A DNA stretch of 64,000 bases, taken from positions 53,632,001 through 53,696,000 of the forward strand of contig NC_058382.1 of the NCBI RefSeq assembly GCF_018350175.1, written 5' to 3'. Of this stretch, positions 22,358 to 35,894 are shown piece by piece. A model generated the notes under the pieces. That model did not search any database, was not told where the DNA came from, and saw only the letters and a program-made list of their open reading frames with translations. The first letter of the stretch is position 1. Each line of letters starts with the position of its first letter. A program made the translations under genes and the position numbers. This DNA is from Felis catus (lineage: Eukaryota).

Positions 22358-23020
22358 TCCATTCATGCATTCAGTTAAATGGCCATTCCTTCAGTAAATA
22401 CGTAGAAAGGACATAATTCATGCCAAGACAACAATGTTGAACAAGATGGAGCTTTCTTCACTCTTGAAGCTATCCTTGCTCTCATGGAGATTACGTTCTA
22501 GTGGGAAGGTGATGAAAACAATAGAAAATAAAAACAAGGTAATCGTAGACTGTGGTAAAAGCTAAGTAGGAAACAAATGAGGGTCACAGAAAGAAAAGGA
22601 GGCTCAGACCAACTATAGACAGGGTGGTAGGAAAGGCCTCTGTGAAGATTAACCATTTAAGGGGCGCCTGGGTGGCGCAGTCGGTTGAGCGTCCGACTTC
22701 AGCCAGGTCACGATCTCCCAGTCCGGGAGTTCGAGCCCCGCGTCAGGCTCTGGGCTGATGGCTCAGAGCCTGGAGCCTGTTTCCGATTCTGTGTCGCCCT
22801 CTCTCTCTGCCCCTCCCCCGTTCATGCTCTGTCTCTCTCTGTCCCAAAAATAAATAAAAACGTTGAAAAAAAAATTTAAAAAAAAAGATTAACCATTTAA
22901 GATGAGACCTGCAGTATGGCCAAGGAGCCAGCTGGAACACGTTTTCTGTATCACATAGGGGACAACGTGTGCAAAGCCTTCATACTGGGAGAGAGGTTGA
23001 CAAGTTCAGGAAGTGAGAAA
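22358..23020 (-). mobile_element. L2 fragment, interrupted by a SINE
   Basis: CATTCATGCATTCA...TGCTCTCATGGAGATTACGTTCTAGTGGGA...AGGGTGGTAGGAAAGGCCTCTGTGAAG | ATTTAAGATGAGACCTG. Confidence 0.75.
22661..22884 (+). mobile_element. Young feline SINE (SINEC_Fc)
   Basis: CpG-intact body; perfect 16-bp TSD AAGATTAACCATTTAA at 22645-22660 and 22885-22900. Confidence 0.97.
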
Positions 23021-25029
23021 ATCCAGAGCAAAGAGAATGAGTGGAAAGTCGTTATAAGGTGGGATGGGAAGGTGTTATGTGTTTGCATGCTGGTGAGCAC
23101 GGTCCATTCCAGAAAGGAAACAAAATGAGGCAGGAAAGACAGAGGATATCTTGATGAAGACAAGTCAGAGAGGCTTTCTGGCCTCTGCCTCTGATTCTTG
23201 TCGCCTTGTTTGGAAACTGCTTCTGATGCTCCATAAGCTTTGGGTGATGAAAGCTGGACAGACCACTGGCTAAATAAGGAACTCTCTGACTTGGAAGTCA
23301 ACAATGCTAGAGCAGTGCCCCAAAGACCTTGTGTTCAAGTTGGCCAACAGTTCAGTTATGCTGAGTGAGATTGTCAGACTTTTTTTCTTCACTTTGCCTA
23401 GAATCAAACTCAGGATGTGATGTAGAAAAATCCAGTGAAGCTCCTGGCACATAACAGATGCATAATCGATATTTGTTAAGTGAATATTGAATAAATAAAC
23501 AAGCGAATTAAGGTGGCCCTATCTGGTAAGGAGACTTAGGATAAGTATCATCATTTTAAATGGTAACAGACTGTGTTACGAGTTTGGGACAGGCTCTGAA
23601 GGTTTGGTGGGTTGGAGACCACGTCCTAATGGTCAGCTAAGTCAAGAAGGGTCAAATAGGTACCAAGCCATATACAGAAGCTCTGGAATGTTAATCAGGA
23701 GATCCCTATGATGTCACTGCTGATTTCATATTAAGCCTTTCTAACTCATGCTGTTCAATACGAACACATGAGGACTTGAAATCAGAAGAGAGTCAGAGTT
23801 GGCCTGAGATAAAGGAGAGCCATCTATGCCCCTCTTTGGACCAGAGTTGTCACCCCGGGCCAAAGCAAAACCTGTACTTTTGCAAGGCAAAGAGCCCCCT
23901 CCCTGACAAGGGCTCCCATCACTTTTATCACTAGCCAGTACCATGGATCCTTGGACGTGCTGGGGCAGAAACCCTCTATATCCCTGAAAAACCCACCCTT
24001 CCACAGGGTGGGCCTCATTTCCCACCTGTTTCCTTTTCAAAGCATGTAGGGCTAAGATGATTATTGTCTTTTTCTCTATAGCTACCACACATCCTAGTTG
24101 AGGAGCAGGAAAAACAGAAACAAAAATATTGCAACAAATCTGGAATCTTGGAAGGAAACCCTGTAAATCATTTTGGATTAATGTAAAATGATGTTGATAT
24201 TAGATGAACCCAGCGAGGGCTGGAGAGGTGGGGAAAAAACAGTTTCCTATGAACTCAAAAGTCAAAAGTCTGACAACTTCTGTCCTGTTTCTTCTTCTGA
24301 AGGAAGGTGGGTATGAATAACCAGATGTTATTGTCTAAGAGAAACAGGAGTGGGGTCTGGCCACAATAAGCACACTGAAGCCGGCCCCTGGGTGGGAAGG
24401 TATTCAAGGATAGGCTATGGATTCTTCCAGGAAAACAAAACAAAACACATGATTGCCACCATAGGTAACAGTCAACTCAACCAATGAGACATCCTATCGT
24501 GTGATTCGTTAGGTCAAGAAAGATGCCTGTCAGTGGTTTGGTTTATGCCACTGTTGCCCAACACAGCGAACGATCAAAGAATGGGAGCTGGCCTGACCAT
24601 CGCCTCTTCTTCCTGACCTCCCTCCCTTCCTCATTCCTTCCTTCCTTTCCTTTCTTCCTCACCTCCTTTCTTTTAACTGAGGGGGTACCTGTTTGGATAC
24701 TGACCAGTGTGTACCCCAGTCCTGACATTCCTACATCCATGTGGTATTTAATTCTTGTCCTTGCAGTTTGAGGAGTTGTGCAGAATGCAGGCTGACTCGG
24801 GGGGCGGCGGCGGGGGGGGGGGCGCGTCCATCACGACGAGTGTCACCTTTCATCCTGGAGCCAAAGGCAAATGCTGGCTCTGGAGTCCCAAGCCTGTGAT
24901 TTCACCTCTTTGGGCCACCATCTCTGAACCTAGAGCATGCCAAAACATCATTGCATCTGTTTTGTAGGATGGTGGGGAGGTTTAAAGAACATAATCCCAA
25001 ATAGTGTCAGAACAGTGTCTGGGCTACCT

Positions 25030-25270
25030 TGTTGGCACGGATGAAGTTTAAGCCTCAGGCCTTTCTCCCCTGTAGGCTCCTCCCAACGCCCTGGAAATAT
25101 GTGATGTTTGCAGTATTTAAAAGCTTGTTACGAGTTTATAATCTTCTCTTTCCAAATAAATATTCACTTTTGCATTTGTCATTTTGTATTTATAATAGTG
25201 AATTATTTTTCTTAAGGACAGTCCCCAAATTACATAAGCTTCGGGCCCCACACAACCTGTAGAGGGTCCA
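25030..25270 (-). mobile_element. hAT-type DNA transposon fossil (MER53/MER115-like; family uncertain)
   Basis: CCCCAAATTACATAAGCTTCGGGCCCCACACAACCTG end and TAAATATTCACTTTTG interior resemble this group. Confidence 0.5.
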
Positions 25271-25417
25271 GAGCTCAGAACCTGGACAGCATGTAGACAG
25301 AACATGTAGACGGCATGTGCTAACTGGTAGATGGCAGGGATTCTATTTAATGTTTTAGGGTTTTTTAAGATTTTTCATGTTAATAAGTTATGAATCATGG
25401 TGGCAATTAAAAGGGAA

Positions 25418-25509
25418 ATACATATCCTGATTACATATCATGATTACATATGATTACATATCATACATACGTACATACATTACATTACATTACATATCAT
25501 GATTATCAG
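25418..25509. repeat. Short degenerate tandem array (TGATTACATA[TCA])n / (TACA)n
   Basis: TGATTACATA at 25428, 25441, 25451 plus TTACA runs. Confidence 0.8.
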
Positions 25510-27779
25510 TATGAGTGACGGTATTTACAAATACACTCATTACATCGACAGGAAGCCGAAGAATGGGTAAACTTTTCATCTCAGGCTCTTCCGGTGCCTT
25601 GCGGCCAGTGTCACAGAATTTCTTTAAAGTCTCTAAAACAAAGATGGGTAATTCGCGAATTGACCGGGGGAGTAAGAGAAAGGCCTCCTAACCATCAGTG
25701 TCCGGTGAGTTCTTCTTCCAGAGATCAGTCTTTCTGGACCTTTCCATTAATGAGACATGGCCCTTCCACAACAGTGTCCAAGGGGCCCAGGGGCACCCCT
25801 CACCCACGCGGGGAACAGTCAGCTATTTGCGTTCTCTCCATTCTTTCTCACAATTGGAGTCTGAGAGGCTGTCATCTGTCCCACTCTCCTCGATACTGTG
25901 GTCTCATTTTTCTGCCGTGTCCAACTCCGGAGATAACATGGGTAAAAAATGTGAATACTTCAGTTCGCCTTAGAACGCTCTTTGTTTAAATTCACTCCCA
26001 CCCCATTTCTGTGCAAGGAGCCTGGTGAGGAGGAAGGCGTGAGCAAAGGGAAACCGCCAAGTTGCATATTTAAAATTCCATCGGTTTGATTTCTTTAATG
26101 CAATACGGTCATTTTTAATCTCGGTCTGTTTGATAAATACCCGCATTTCAAGTAATTGTTCAGATTGTGTCTGTTTTTATTAGAACGTATTTGTCATTAT
26201 TTGACAGTCGTTTCTAATCACATTTGTCATGTGTTTGGTCTCCTTTATGAATACTGAGAGCTCCTGGAAGAGAAGTTTAGGAAACACCATTCATTCCTTG
26301 AACACACACAGTGTGCCCACCACCCAGGATACCGTTTTTCTCGTCACTCAAAAATGAGGAAATGAATAGCAGAAAGGAGTGGGAGGCTTATCTTTAGACA
26401 CAGAAACTAGAATTGTTTGGAAGTTTTTGGAATTCGGAGGACAGATGTCTATGCAGTCAATTCAATCAATTGTGTAGTCAGGGAGTTTAGGTATCTGGGC
26501 AGTTTCAACACAACACATTGACAAGTTCAGATGCAAAGTTGTCTACTGTATTGGTTCAGCCTGAGCTCCTCGCACTGTGGGAAACTTAACGTCGCCAAGT
26601 CATGTCATTCAACAAATAGCCATCCGTCTGTTCATTCAGCAAATATTTACTTATTTACAGTATCCATTCACTCGGATATTTATTCACTCAATAGATGTCT
26701 ATTCAGCCATTTAGTTAACAAATAATTGTGTTTTCAATGGACATTTGTTAAATTTCTGCACTCTGGAAGACACGGGAACGGGCCGTCTTGGCAGCCGCAT
26801 TGTTCACACCCAGACCGTATAAATCCCAGGAAAGGCTTCCTGTCTTCATGTCACCATCACAGAAAGGCCATAATCTTTGCTTTGCTGATGCCACACGGTC
26901 TGGCAGCCTCTGTGAGGTAGAATCATGGGAGCAAGCAAACGCTGCAGACCACGATGGGTCCCTCTGTTCCTTTTTTTTTTTTTTTTGTCTTCCAATGAAC
27001 ATCAACAAGGCTCTTCTTATATATATAAAGCTTAATACTAGGTACTCAGAGTGAAAAGGTAAGGAAGACATCAGCTCTACAAAACCGTATAGCCCAGAGG
27101 CGTACCGGACGCTTTGGGAACCCAAACTCGAACGGAGGAGAGAGGTGGGGGTCAAGATGAACAGAGGTGTATCTTGGGAACGGGCCTCTGTGCCTGCCCT
27201 GGAAGGCGAGTCAAGCAGAAAAGACCTCCAGGAACGAGCAGAATCGACAAGCAGCCCACTCTGGCTACAGGCCTCGAACCCCCCACCAACGCAGAACTTA
27301 ATTATCAAAAGGAAGCGGGGTGGAGCACTTTCCAAACCTTTCCTGTGAGTAGCTCGCGCTGAGTCTGGACTCGTGGCAGCCCTCCCTATCATCACTGCAG
27401 GGTCTGCCTGGCTGGATGTCAGCCCCTGGGTCTGGAAGGGGGAGTCATGTCCATCCAGTGCCAGAGTGTCTGAAAGAAGGAGAGGCGACTGGCGGGTTGG
27501 GGTGTGTGTTTGAAAGGCATCAATTATAATATACCCAGACCTCCAAACGCTTTCCCTCCCCAAGCAGCTTGTAATTAGGGAAGGAGAATCATGAGCTTAG
27601 CAACTCCCAAAGGAGCACCTTCACAAAGTGCACATGTCCAGCAACATCTGTTAACCCTTGTGGATGGAGAGTCAGGACGTGGTCTGCTCTGACTGGCTGC
27701 TTTCAAGGTGAGCAATCATAAAACCAGGCAATGTATCTAAATGCCCGTGACTGAATTTCTCATGGTACACGATTAACAG

Positions 27780-28035
27780 CAGGGATGTAGTGGGAAGTTT
27801 GTGGGGGGCTGAAGTCAGAGAGTAAAGACAAGATTTTCAGTCTCACTTCTGCCATCCGTAACTAGAAAGCCTGAGCAACTTCCTCCAGATCTTAGACTCT
27901 CAGTTTCCTTATGTGCAAAATGGGGAGAAAAATCAAATCTACATGGCGAGGTTATTTAAAAGTCAGTGTAATGCCTGTAATGTACCGGGGTGGTGACTAC
28001 ACACAGCTGATAATAAATGACAAATATTATTACTT
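27780..28035 (+). mobile_element. MIR
   Basis: CTCTCAGTTTCCTTATGTGCAAAATGGGGA core, ATTATTACT tail. Confidence 0.75.
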
Positions 28036-30609
28036 ATATTAATACAACATACTATCACTTTACCAAAAAACAAAACAAAACAAAACAACATGCATTCCCA
28101 AATCCATATTTTTGCAAAATTAGCATGGCCTGTACAATTACCCAGTTCTTTATGAAACCTCTTATTTCACTCTTAGGGTTTTTTTTACGATAAAGTAAAA
28201 AAGGACATAGGAGCTTCGTTTTGGAAGCAAACTCTTCATTAAGATAATTCAGCATTTCAAAAGAACATAAAATCATTTTCCAGTTTGATTTGGAGTGTAG
28301 CATCAGTTAATTTCTCTTTGTTCTTCTCCTCTGGTTGTGCTAATGTCCCCTTTGTGCGCGTACATTTGTCCAATGCAATCTAAGAAACAATCACCTTAAT
28401 TGATCGGGCATTAACCTCTAACAGCTTAAGACATGGGCTCTTTATCTATCGCTCAATCCTCGCTGCAGATGTAATTCCCTGTAGTGTTTACATCTTTGTC
28501 ACCATCACCAGTGGCTCCTTCTCAGGAAAGCATGTCAGTAAACGTGACTGTGAACAAAACAGACCGCTTACTCCAGAGGCCCCGCCATCGCAGAAAAGCC
28601 TAGCTGTGGTCTGATGCTGTGGCTGGTGGTGTATATAATGATAAATTTCATACAGGTGTCACCCTTTTCAAGACCTCGGCGAGGATTGATGGTTTACAGT
28701 AGGCTGATCCATCATCCAGGGCAGGTGGCACCCTATTGGAATTTCAGAAATCTGTTCCCAATCACATTCACTGTTGGGTGACTCAGTAACGACCCTATTT
28801 GCCGTGCGTTACTGAAAATCAATGTGCCGCATTCAAGGTCAATGTACTGTTGGAAAACTCTTTAAGCACTGATGGATGGATTGTGCTCATTCAGAATAAA
28901 TGTGAGAAAAAAGTGACAGCTGAGCATCCAACAGTCACGCCAACTTTCAAAGACGGACTTCCTTCTCTAGCGGGCAGTGGGATTTCCAGGGGGGTGACAT
29001 CACTCATTTCCTCTTGTTCTCTGTTTTGGGGGACGTGTCTGCATTTGCTAGTGCGTCTTCCCTCATACAATTAAAAGCATCAACATCCAGAATCTCTGTG
29101 AATATTTTATCAGCCCAATGCTTTAAAATTCCGACAGGTCAGTTTGGGACGAAAGGACTCCATATGAGCAAAATCAAAGCCCAGAACAATGTGGACTATT
29201 TACAACATGTATCTTTGGAGAAATAGTGTGGAAAATAGCCAAAGGTAAGAAAGTCGTTCGTTCATTCAGTTAATTTCCCAAAACATAAAATCTTCATAAC
29301 ATGCCATGCAATGAACCTGGGTTCAGGGATGTGAAGAGGAACAGCCCTGCTCTGTCCACTCCAAAAGTTTACAGCCAAGGAAGAGACAGAGATGCACAAC
29401 TAAATGATTAAATGCGATGCAATGAATGCCTGGTGCACAACCGTGTGGGGAGAGAGGTGAGTGCATAGTGATATATACAAGCGAAGAACACACAGGAGGC
29501 CAGTTCTCCCCGGGGCCGTTACCAATCTGAACAGTTGTGACTGACATTTAGGCAAGTGGCAAACAAGTAAGCTGGGGATTTTTCAGTGAATTCTGGTTGC
29601 CAGTGTATTTAAATGTTTTTGAAAAAGTGACCCAAAGTGGCAAAGGAACTTCTGACAGTGAGAGATACTAAGGTTATAAACAGATTGCATTTTATCGCCA
29701 TAACACTTCCCTCCTGATGACCTATTTATCAACCAAGCAGAGATAATACTTGACCAAGCTTCTCAATGTTTCCCAATGGTAAGTTAGAAGGCTTTCCTGG
29801 GGAAAAACAAAAAATATACATTGTGTGTCCTTGGGTAGAGAGTAACTTTTACTTAAAAAATCTTTTCCTTTCTTTTCTTTTCTGTTTTCTCTTCTCTGTT
29901 TTCTCTTCTTTTCTTTTTGTTATTATAATTATTAGCTTCCAAAAGAAAAGGAAATATGATTTATTGCCTGTGTAATACATACAGGCAAAAATTTGGCAGC
30001 TTCTGAAACAATATAAGTGATTTCGGGACTATTTAGAAATGTTTCACAAAAACAAAATGGTGCTACCAAAGACACCAAGAGTACCTGAAATGATACAGAT
30101 GTTTCTTGATTCTCAATAATCAAGTTGGATCCAACTAATGATACGTTTGTAGGTTTTTCTTCTCTATATAGTCAGTAACTCCCCTTTATAGATGATCTTC
30201 AGCACCTACTACAGAACCAGGCATATAGTCACTGCTCAATAAAAGCTATGAATGAAAGCATGAACCACTCAGTGAATGCATGAACTAGATGCACAGATTA
30301 GCTACGAGGTAGAAAACCACAGTTTTCTATTGTATGAAAATTGCCTTTAACATTAATTTGTTTAAAAGATCCTTTTTGTGTGCTCAGTTTTCTTTATCGT
30401 TGGATAAATGATCAAGAACCTGAATCTGTAATTATTCTGTCTGGTTACACCATTTCTCTGGAATGCTCCAGAAATCTCATCTCCTGGTTGGGTTGATCAA
30501 ATATGAGTTGCTAGTTTTGCTGATTCAACAATTTTCAGGTCCCTGGATTCCTTTCTTTATTTGACAGCCTAGTTTTCACGCATTCCAAGTCAGACTTAGT
30601 GCAGAATCC

Positions 30610-31145
30610 ACTCATGCATCCATTATTCAAGCATTTACTAGCATACATGGCAACCCAGGCACTTGGGAGTTAAAAAAGAATAGGTGAGACCCCTTCCACT
30701 GAGGCTACTCATAGTCTAGGGTGTATAGGGCTTCAGCAGTAGGTCATCAGACATGTAAACGTACCATTTTAAATACAACATAATAAGAAATATAGCAAGG
30801 GAACTGAAAAACACAGGATATGGAATATAGGAGTGGAGAGAACAATTTGGGATGATTTCCTACCAATATAATATCACAGCTGAGCTGGGGCATCTGATGA
30901 GAAGGGGCGCTCAGGTGGGGAAGAGAAATGGCATATTCCAGGCAAGAAGACCACATTTATAGAATCAAGAGGATGGAAAACATTTTGTCGCTCTTGAGAA
31001 ATGGGGGGTACTGCAATCAGGTAAGTTTTGGCAAGGGAGAGAAAGGAAGAAAGACTGGAGAGGTAGATGAGAATTTGATCATAAAGAATTCCGATCTTCG
31101 TTCACAAGGCCTTAGAGTTAAACTTGCCAACAACAGAAGGCATCT
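30610..31145 (-). mobile_element. L2 fragment
   Basis: ATTCAAGCATTTACTAG..., CATAGTCTAGGG, GGCATATTCCAGGCAAGAAGACCAC. Confidence 0.65.
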
Positions 31146-31154
31146 CATCTTTCT

Positions 31155-31730
31155 ACAACACTGCATAACATACATATAGAAAAAGGAACAGAAATGAGCA
31201 CACCCCTGTTACAACGTCTAGATCCAAAAGAACGCCATGACCAGCACCCAGGAGCCCCTCCTCCATGCCCATTTCTAGTTACTTCCTCACCAAGGGCATC
31301 CACTCTCCTTATTTCTAACAGCATAGATTAGCTTCCTCAGTTTTGTACTTCATGTAAACACGGTTCTATCGTATGTATTTTTACTCAGTCTTATGTTAGT
31401 TAGATTCATCGTGTTGCTCTGTAGAGTTGCAGGTCATTCCTTTTCATTGCTGTATAGCATTTGATTACAGGAATATACCGTCATTTTTAATACCTTTGCA
31501 CTTTTGATGGACATCTTTATGTCATTTGCATTTTGGAGCTAAGACAAATAGTGCTGCTGTGAATGTTCTAATACATGTCTTTCGGTGAATATATGAACAC
31601 ATTTCAGTTGGGTATATATTCAAGAGTGTTCAGTTTTAGTAGATAATATCAAATCGGTAAGTGTGGTTGTTCTAACGTATGAACCGGTCATACAAGGAAC
31701 TTCTGGTTATTTCACATTCTCAACACAACA
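31155..31730 (-). mobile_element. Old L1 (L1ME-like) 3' end
   Basis: TTCTAACAGCATAGATTAGCTT...TTCATTGCTGTATAGCATT...AAATAGTGCTGCTGTGAATGTTCT...TTCACATTCTCAAC. Confidence 0.85.
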
Positions 31731-32569
31731 ACTACATTTTTCGTGTTCGTTTATCCAATTAATGTTTGTCTTTCCAACTAGACCATAAATTTCATGAAGA
31801 CGAGAACCACACGTACCTTTCTTTTTTTTTTTTTTACCATAGCCTCTCTAGTGGTTAGTACGATGCTTGTTGCATCTCTGGAGATACATACAGAATTGGT
31901 GCAATATCACATATTTTTAACTACTGGATTTATTCCGGATGAAAATGAAGACTTACAAGTGAAATAATGTATTAATCTCCATGCCACACCAAACTACTCA
32001 GTGAATTTGGCAGGTTGATCCAAAAGCCGCTAATGTAATGTGGAAGAATTTTCTTTTTTAATTCTTTAACTTGTGAGTAGAAAACAACGGTCTGTGTTCA
32101 TCTCTGTTAGAGACGTTTTTGCGTTGTCTTCAACAGGGCCTATGTCTGCTTTTGTGAATGAGCAGCAGGTAAAATATCAGAGGAAAAGTGTAAAAGCAAC
32201 ACAGCTATGTGCTTTACCAGGGCCTCATCTCCAAGTCCACATTCACGGTCATCAATTAAAGAGCTGGCTCTCTCTCCACTGATTAATTTCCACTTGGCCA
32301 TTATTAATAATGAGGTTAGAAAAATGTGTTTACACAGGGCAAAATGAGATGAAACACAATATACATACATAAGTCATCATTTAAAGAGCATCAGAGGTGA
32401 GAGGGTGGCTATATTAAGCCCCAGACCCTGCTTCCTTCCTGAACCCTCTTGCCCATGGAGGAACCTGCAGTCATGTTAGGTTAGTTGTAAATGAATGATG
32501 ATGACACAAACACAGCCTTGGAATTAGAAGTGGCTTTAGTAATATATTAGTTCGTGCCTTCCCTGTTGT

Positions 32570-32980
32570 ATAAATCTGGTTATCTGTGACTATGGAACAG
32601 ATCACCCCCAAACTTAGTGTCTTAAAACCACAGTACTCATTCTCTCTCATGGTTTCTATTGGTCAAGAATTCAGGAGTGGCTGCCTGGGCAGTTCTGGCC
32701 CGGGGTCTCCCATTCAGTTGGAGAAGGGTGCTGACTTGGGTTGGGATACTGTCAAAGGCTTCTTGACGTTCATGTCCAGTAACAGGTTGGGAAGACTCAA
32801 CCAGAGGGGGCCTGGAGAAGATGGGGCTCCCTGGGCATCTCCCACCATCTCTGTGTGCTATCTCCATGCAGACTTGCCAGCATGGTGAGGTCAAGGTAGC
32901 TGGATTTCATACATGTTGGCTCTGGGCTCCCAAGGTGCATGCTCCAAGAGAGAGCCCCAGGCAGATGCTATTACCTATTT
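32570..32980 (-). mobile_element. MaLR LTR (MLT1G/H-like)
   Basis: CACCCCCAAACTTAGTGTCTTAAAACCAC...GGTCAAGAATTCAGGAGTGGC...CCAGGCAGATGCT. Confidence 0.8.
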
Positions 32981-33702
32981 ATTACCTATACTTTATTACC
33001 TATTTTTAAAAATATGCAGCTCAAATCAAGGCCCTCAGCACCAGTGACGTCGTATATTGTTAGAGCACCCACTGTTTGACCCAGAAGTAGCTGCCAGACT
33101 CTGATGTAATAAAATGAGGCTATCATTTCCCTACCTTTGAAACTCCATTTATTATAAAGTAGTCTACCAAGTTTCCTAGGTTCTGTTTCTTATTATCTTT
33201 CATGAAACCTTAATTTTCCTTAAATGTGCCAGGATGTTATTATTATATCCTGTAGTCTTTATAACCATTATGTGAATTCAATATTGGTATATATACCCAT
33301 TACAGAGATATAGAAATTGAGGATAAAATAGGTTAGCAGAGATATATATCTAATGATGATGCCTCAATATGCATCTAAAACTACACGCAACACTTTTCAT
33401 TCATCTTGTGTCACTTTCAAGGTCTACATAAGGACAGCACTTTAGCCTTCCCTTGAGCAAGGGAGTGAGGTCGGAGGGGCCTTTAAATGCTTCCCTGATT
33501 GCATTTCCTTACCTTTTCTTTGCACCATTTGAACGCATTTATGTGCACATTTGTAATATAAATTCTGATCGTAAAAATAATACATGTCTATTTTTTACAA
33601 TTTAGAAGGTGTAAATAAGTTTAAATCTAAAAATAAAACCCATTATCATACCAGCCTAAGATGATAGCTCAGATATTCCTTTTTTTCTTCCAGATATATC
33701 TT

Positions 33703-33732
33703 CACACACACACACATACACACACACACACA
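33703..33732. repeat. (CA)n microsatellite within an AT-rich L1ME-like fragment (~33540-33850)
   Basis: Direct reading. Confidence 0.8.
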
Positions 33733-34928
33733 AATATTTTATACATATAATATATGCCTATATTTCAATATCATAAAAGATTTCTCATAAAGTTGATTTT
33801 TCATGGCTGTTAAATAATTCCCTTGTGCATATGTAGCCCAATTTATGCAATAATTAACCTTCCTTTTTAAAAGGACAGAAGATCACAATGTAATTCTCAT
33901 GACATCATTAACTACTCTTTCTTGTTAAAACACTCATTCCATTTCTTGGTAAAAACCAACTAATTCCTTTGGCTGAGAATATGACCTCTTAGCCTAATAT
34001 ATTCTATCCGTATATCTATACGAAGTAGCTGGAAGGATTCATGGAAATCACGAACTTCAACCCCTTTATCACACATGCAGAGAACCAAGGCCTAGAGAGA
34101 GGAGAGGGGTCTTGCCAAGGTCAACAGCAAAATCTGAGCCCTCCAGAGCAGAGATCATTGCTACAATCTTCAGAGAGCAAGGCGTCTTTGCTGTTCCTTT
34201 GGTTGTTCAACAAATATTTATGGCATGCCCCGCAGGTGCCAGGCACTACATATCAAGCAGGGAATGACACAGACGTGCCTCCTGCCCATGGAACTTAGTC
34301 ATCACATCCCCTCCTTCCTCTCCAGAGGTCTCCACAGTTTTCTGAGCACGAGGCTTGCATCCCTCTGCCTGAAGCCATTTTCCAGCTTCAGGAAGGTGGT
34401 GAAACCTCTTGTTGTACAGGCTAATGTGTCTGAGAATTAACTTTCCAGGGAGAGTTGGTGAGTTGACACCCCAGCTTTCTTGCATCGCCTATTGTCAGTG
34501 GGGCAGTTACAGGACATGTTCCACGTAGCCTCTAGTGGGTCCCCATTGGCATGGAGCTCAGTGCCCACCCCCTCCCCCCCCCCCCCCCCGAGGAGCCAGT
34601 CTTGTTTTTGCTCACAGGGCCTCCTGGGATCACCTCCCCAGATGATAACAGAAACAAGGCAAATATAACTACAAACTGCTCTGTTCTTTCATTATTCTGA
34701 TGGTTTTGCACTGAAACCTCTACTGGGTGGAGAAAAGGAAATACATACTTAATCTAGGAAACATTATCTTTTCCTTTGACCTAGAAGTCAGCTGCCATGA
34801 AACCCTGGTCTCAGGTTCCACTACTGAGGGAAGTCCAAATCAAGACAAGCTCATACCAGTGTTTACCATATGCATTCTAACAAAAACAATTATAGGACAG
34901 CGTTAAATAATACAGCAGGGAAACTCTT

Positions 34929-35400
34929 GCAGCTATCTGCTGCTACATTAGAAACAAAACTTAGTGTCTAACACAGTGTCTGATATTCACAATTTATTAT
35001 TATCTCCTGTGGGTCTCAGGTGGATGAACTCAGCTGGATGGTTCTCACTTGGGGTCCTTCCATGGATACAGTCAGTTGGTAACTGAGACTGGAGTCACTT
35101 TTTCACTCACTTCCGTGTCATGGGAACCGGTGTCTGTCTCTAAAGGGAGCTTTTCCATATAGCTAGCTTGGGCTCCCTCCCAGCATGGCGGTTTCTGGCC
35201 AGTCAGACTTTTTACATGGTGGACACCTCATAACACCTAATCCAAAAGCCACCCATTGCAAATGGTCAACATTAAAGGCTGAGCCTAGAAACTGGCACAG
35301 TCTCCCTTGCACCATATTCTATTGGGCAAGCAGTCAGAGTGTGCCCAGATTTGAGGAAGTGAGCAGAGACCCCACCTCTCAGTGGAAGGTGTGTCAAATA
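34929..35400 (-). mobile_element. MaLR LTR (MLT1H/I-like)
   Basis: AAAACTTAGTGTCTAA...CTCAGCTGGATGGTTCTCACTTGGGGTC...CATATTCTATTGGGCAAGCAGTC...GACCCCACCTCTCAGTGG. Confidence 0.8.
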
Positions 35401-35683
35401 GATTTATCAGCAGTGGTAGGAGGGGTGAGGTAACATCTTTCTGCAGAAGAGATATTTAAGGTGGGCCCTGAAGAATGTAGGCAAAAGCCAGGCTGATGGG
35501 CTGGGGGAGGACATTCCAGACCGAAAAAAGTATGTGTGCAGACACTCAGCATTTTAAGGACTTAAAAGACAGTGGGGGTGGACAATGGTGGCAAACTCAG
35601 AAGACACATATTGGGGGAGAGTCTAAAGGTCTGATGAGGCTGGGCCACATAGGGGATGTTAACTATTTTAGTTCACATTTTAA

Positions 35684-35894
35684 AAAAATTTTTAAAAACG
35701 TTGATTTATTTTTGAGACACCAACAGAGCATGAGCAGGAGAGGAGCAGAAAGAGAGAGGGACACACAGAACCTAAAGCAAGCTCCAGGCTCTGAGCTGTC
35801 AGCACAGAGCCTGACGTGGGGCTTGAACTCACGGACCGCCAGATCATGACCTGAGCCAAAGTCAGATGCTCAACCGACTGGCCACCCAGGCGAC
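35684..35894 (-). mobile_element. Feline SINE within L2-derived sequence (~35420-36400)
   Basis: Reverse-complement SINE; decayed TSD TTTAGTTCACATTTTAA / TTTAGTTTGTATTTTAA. Confidence 0.92.

Noticed and set aside
26748..27563. Longest ORF (271 aa, minus strand)
   Set aside because: Non-ATG start, runs through a homopolymer (KKKKK), no recognisable domain; consistent with a chance ORF
30198..30218. REST/RE1-like TTCAGCACC half-site
   Set aside because: Right half lacks the GGACAG core; lies in an L2 3' end
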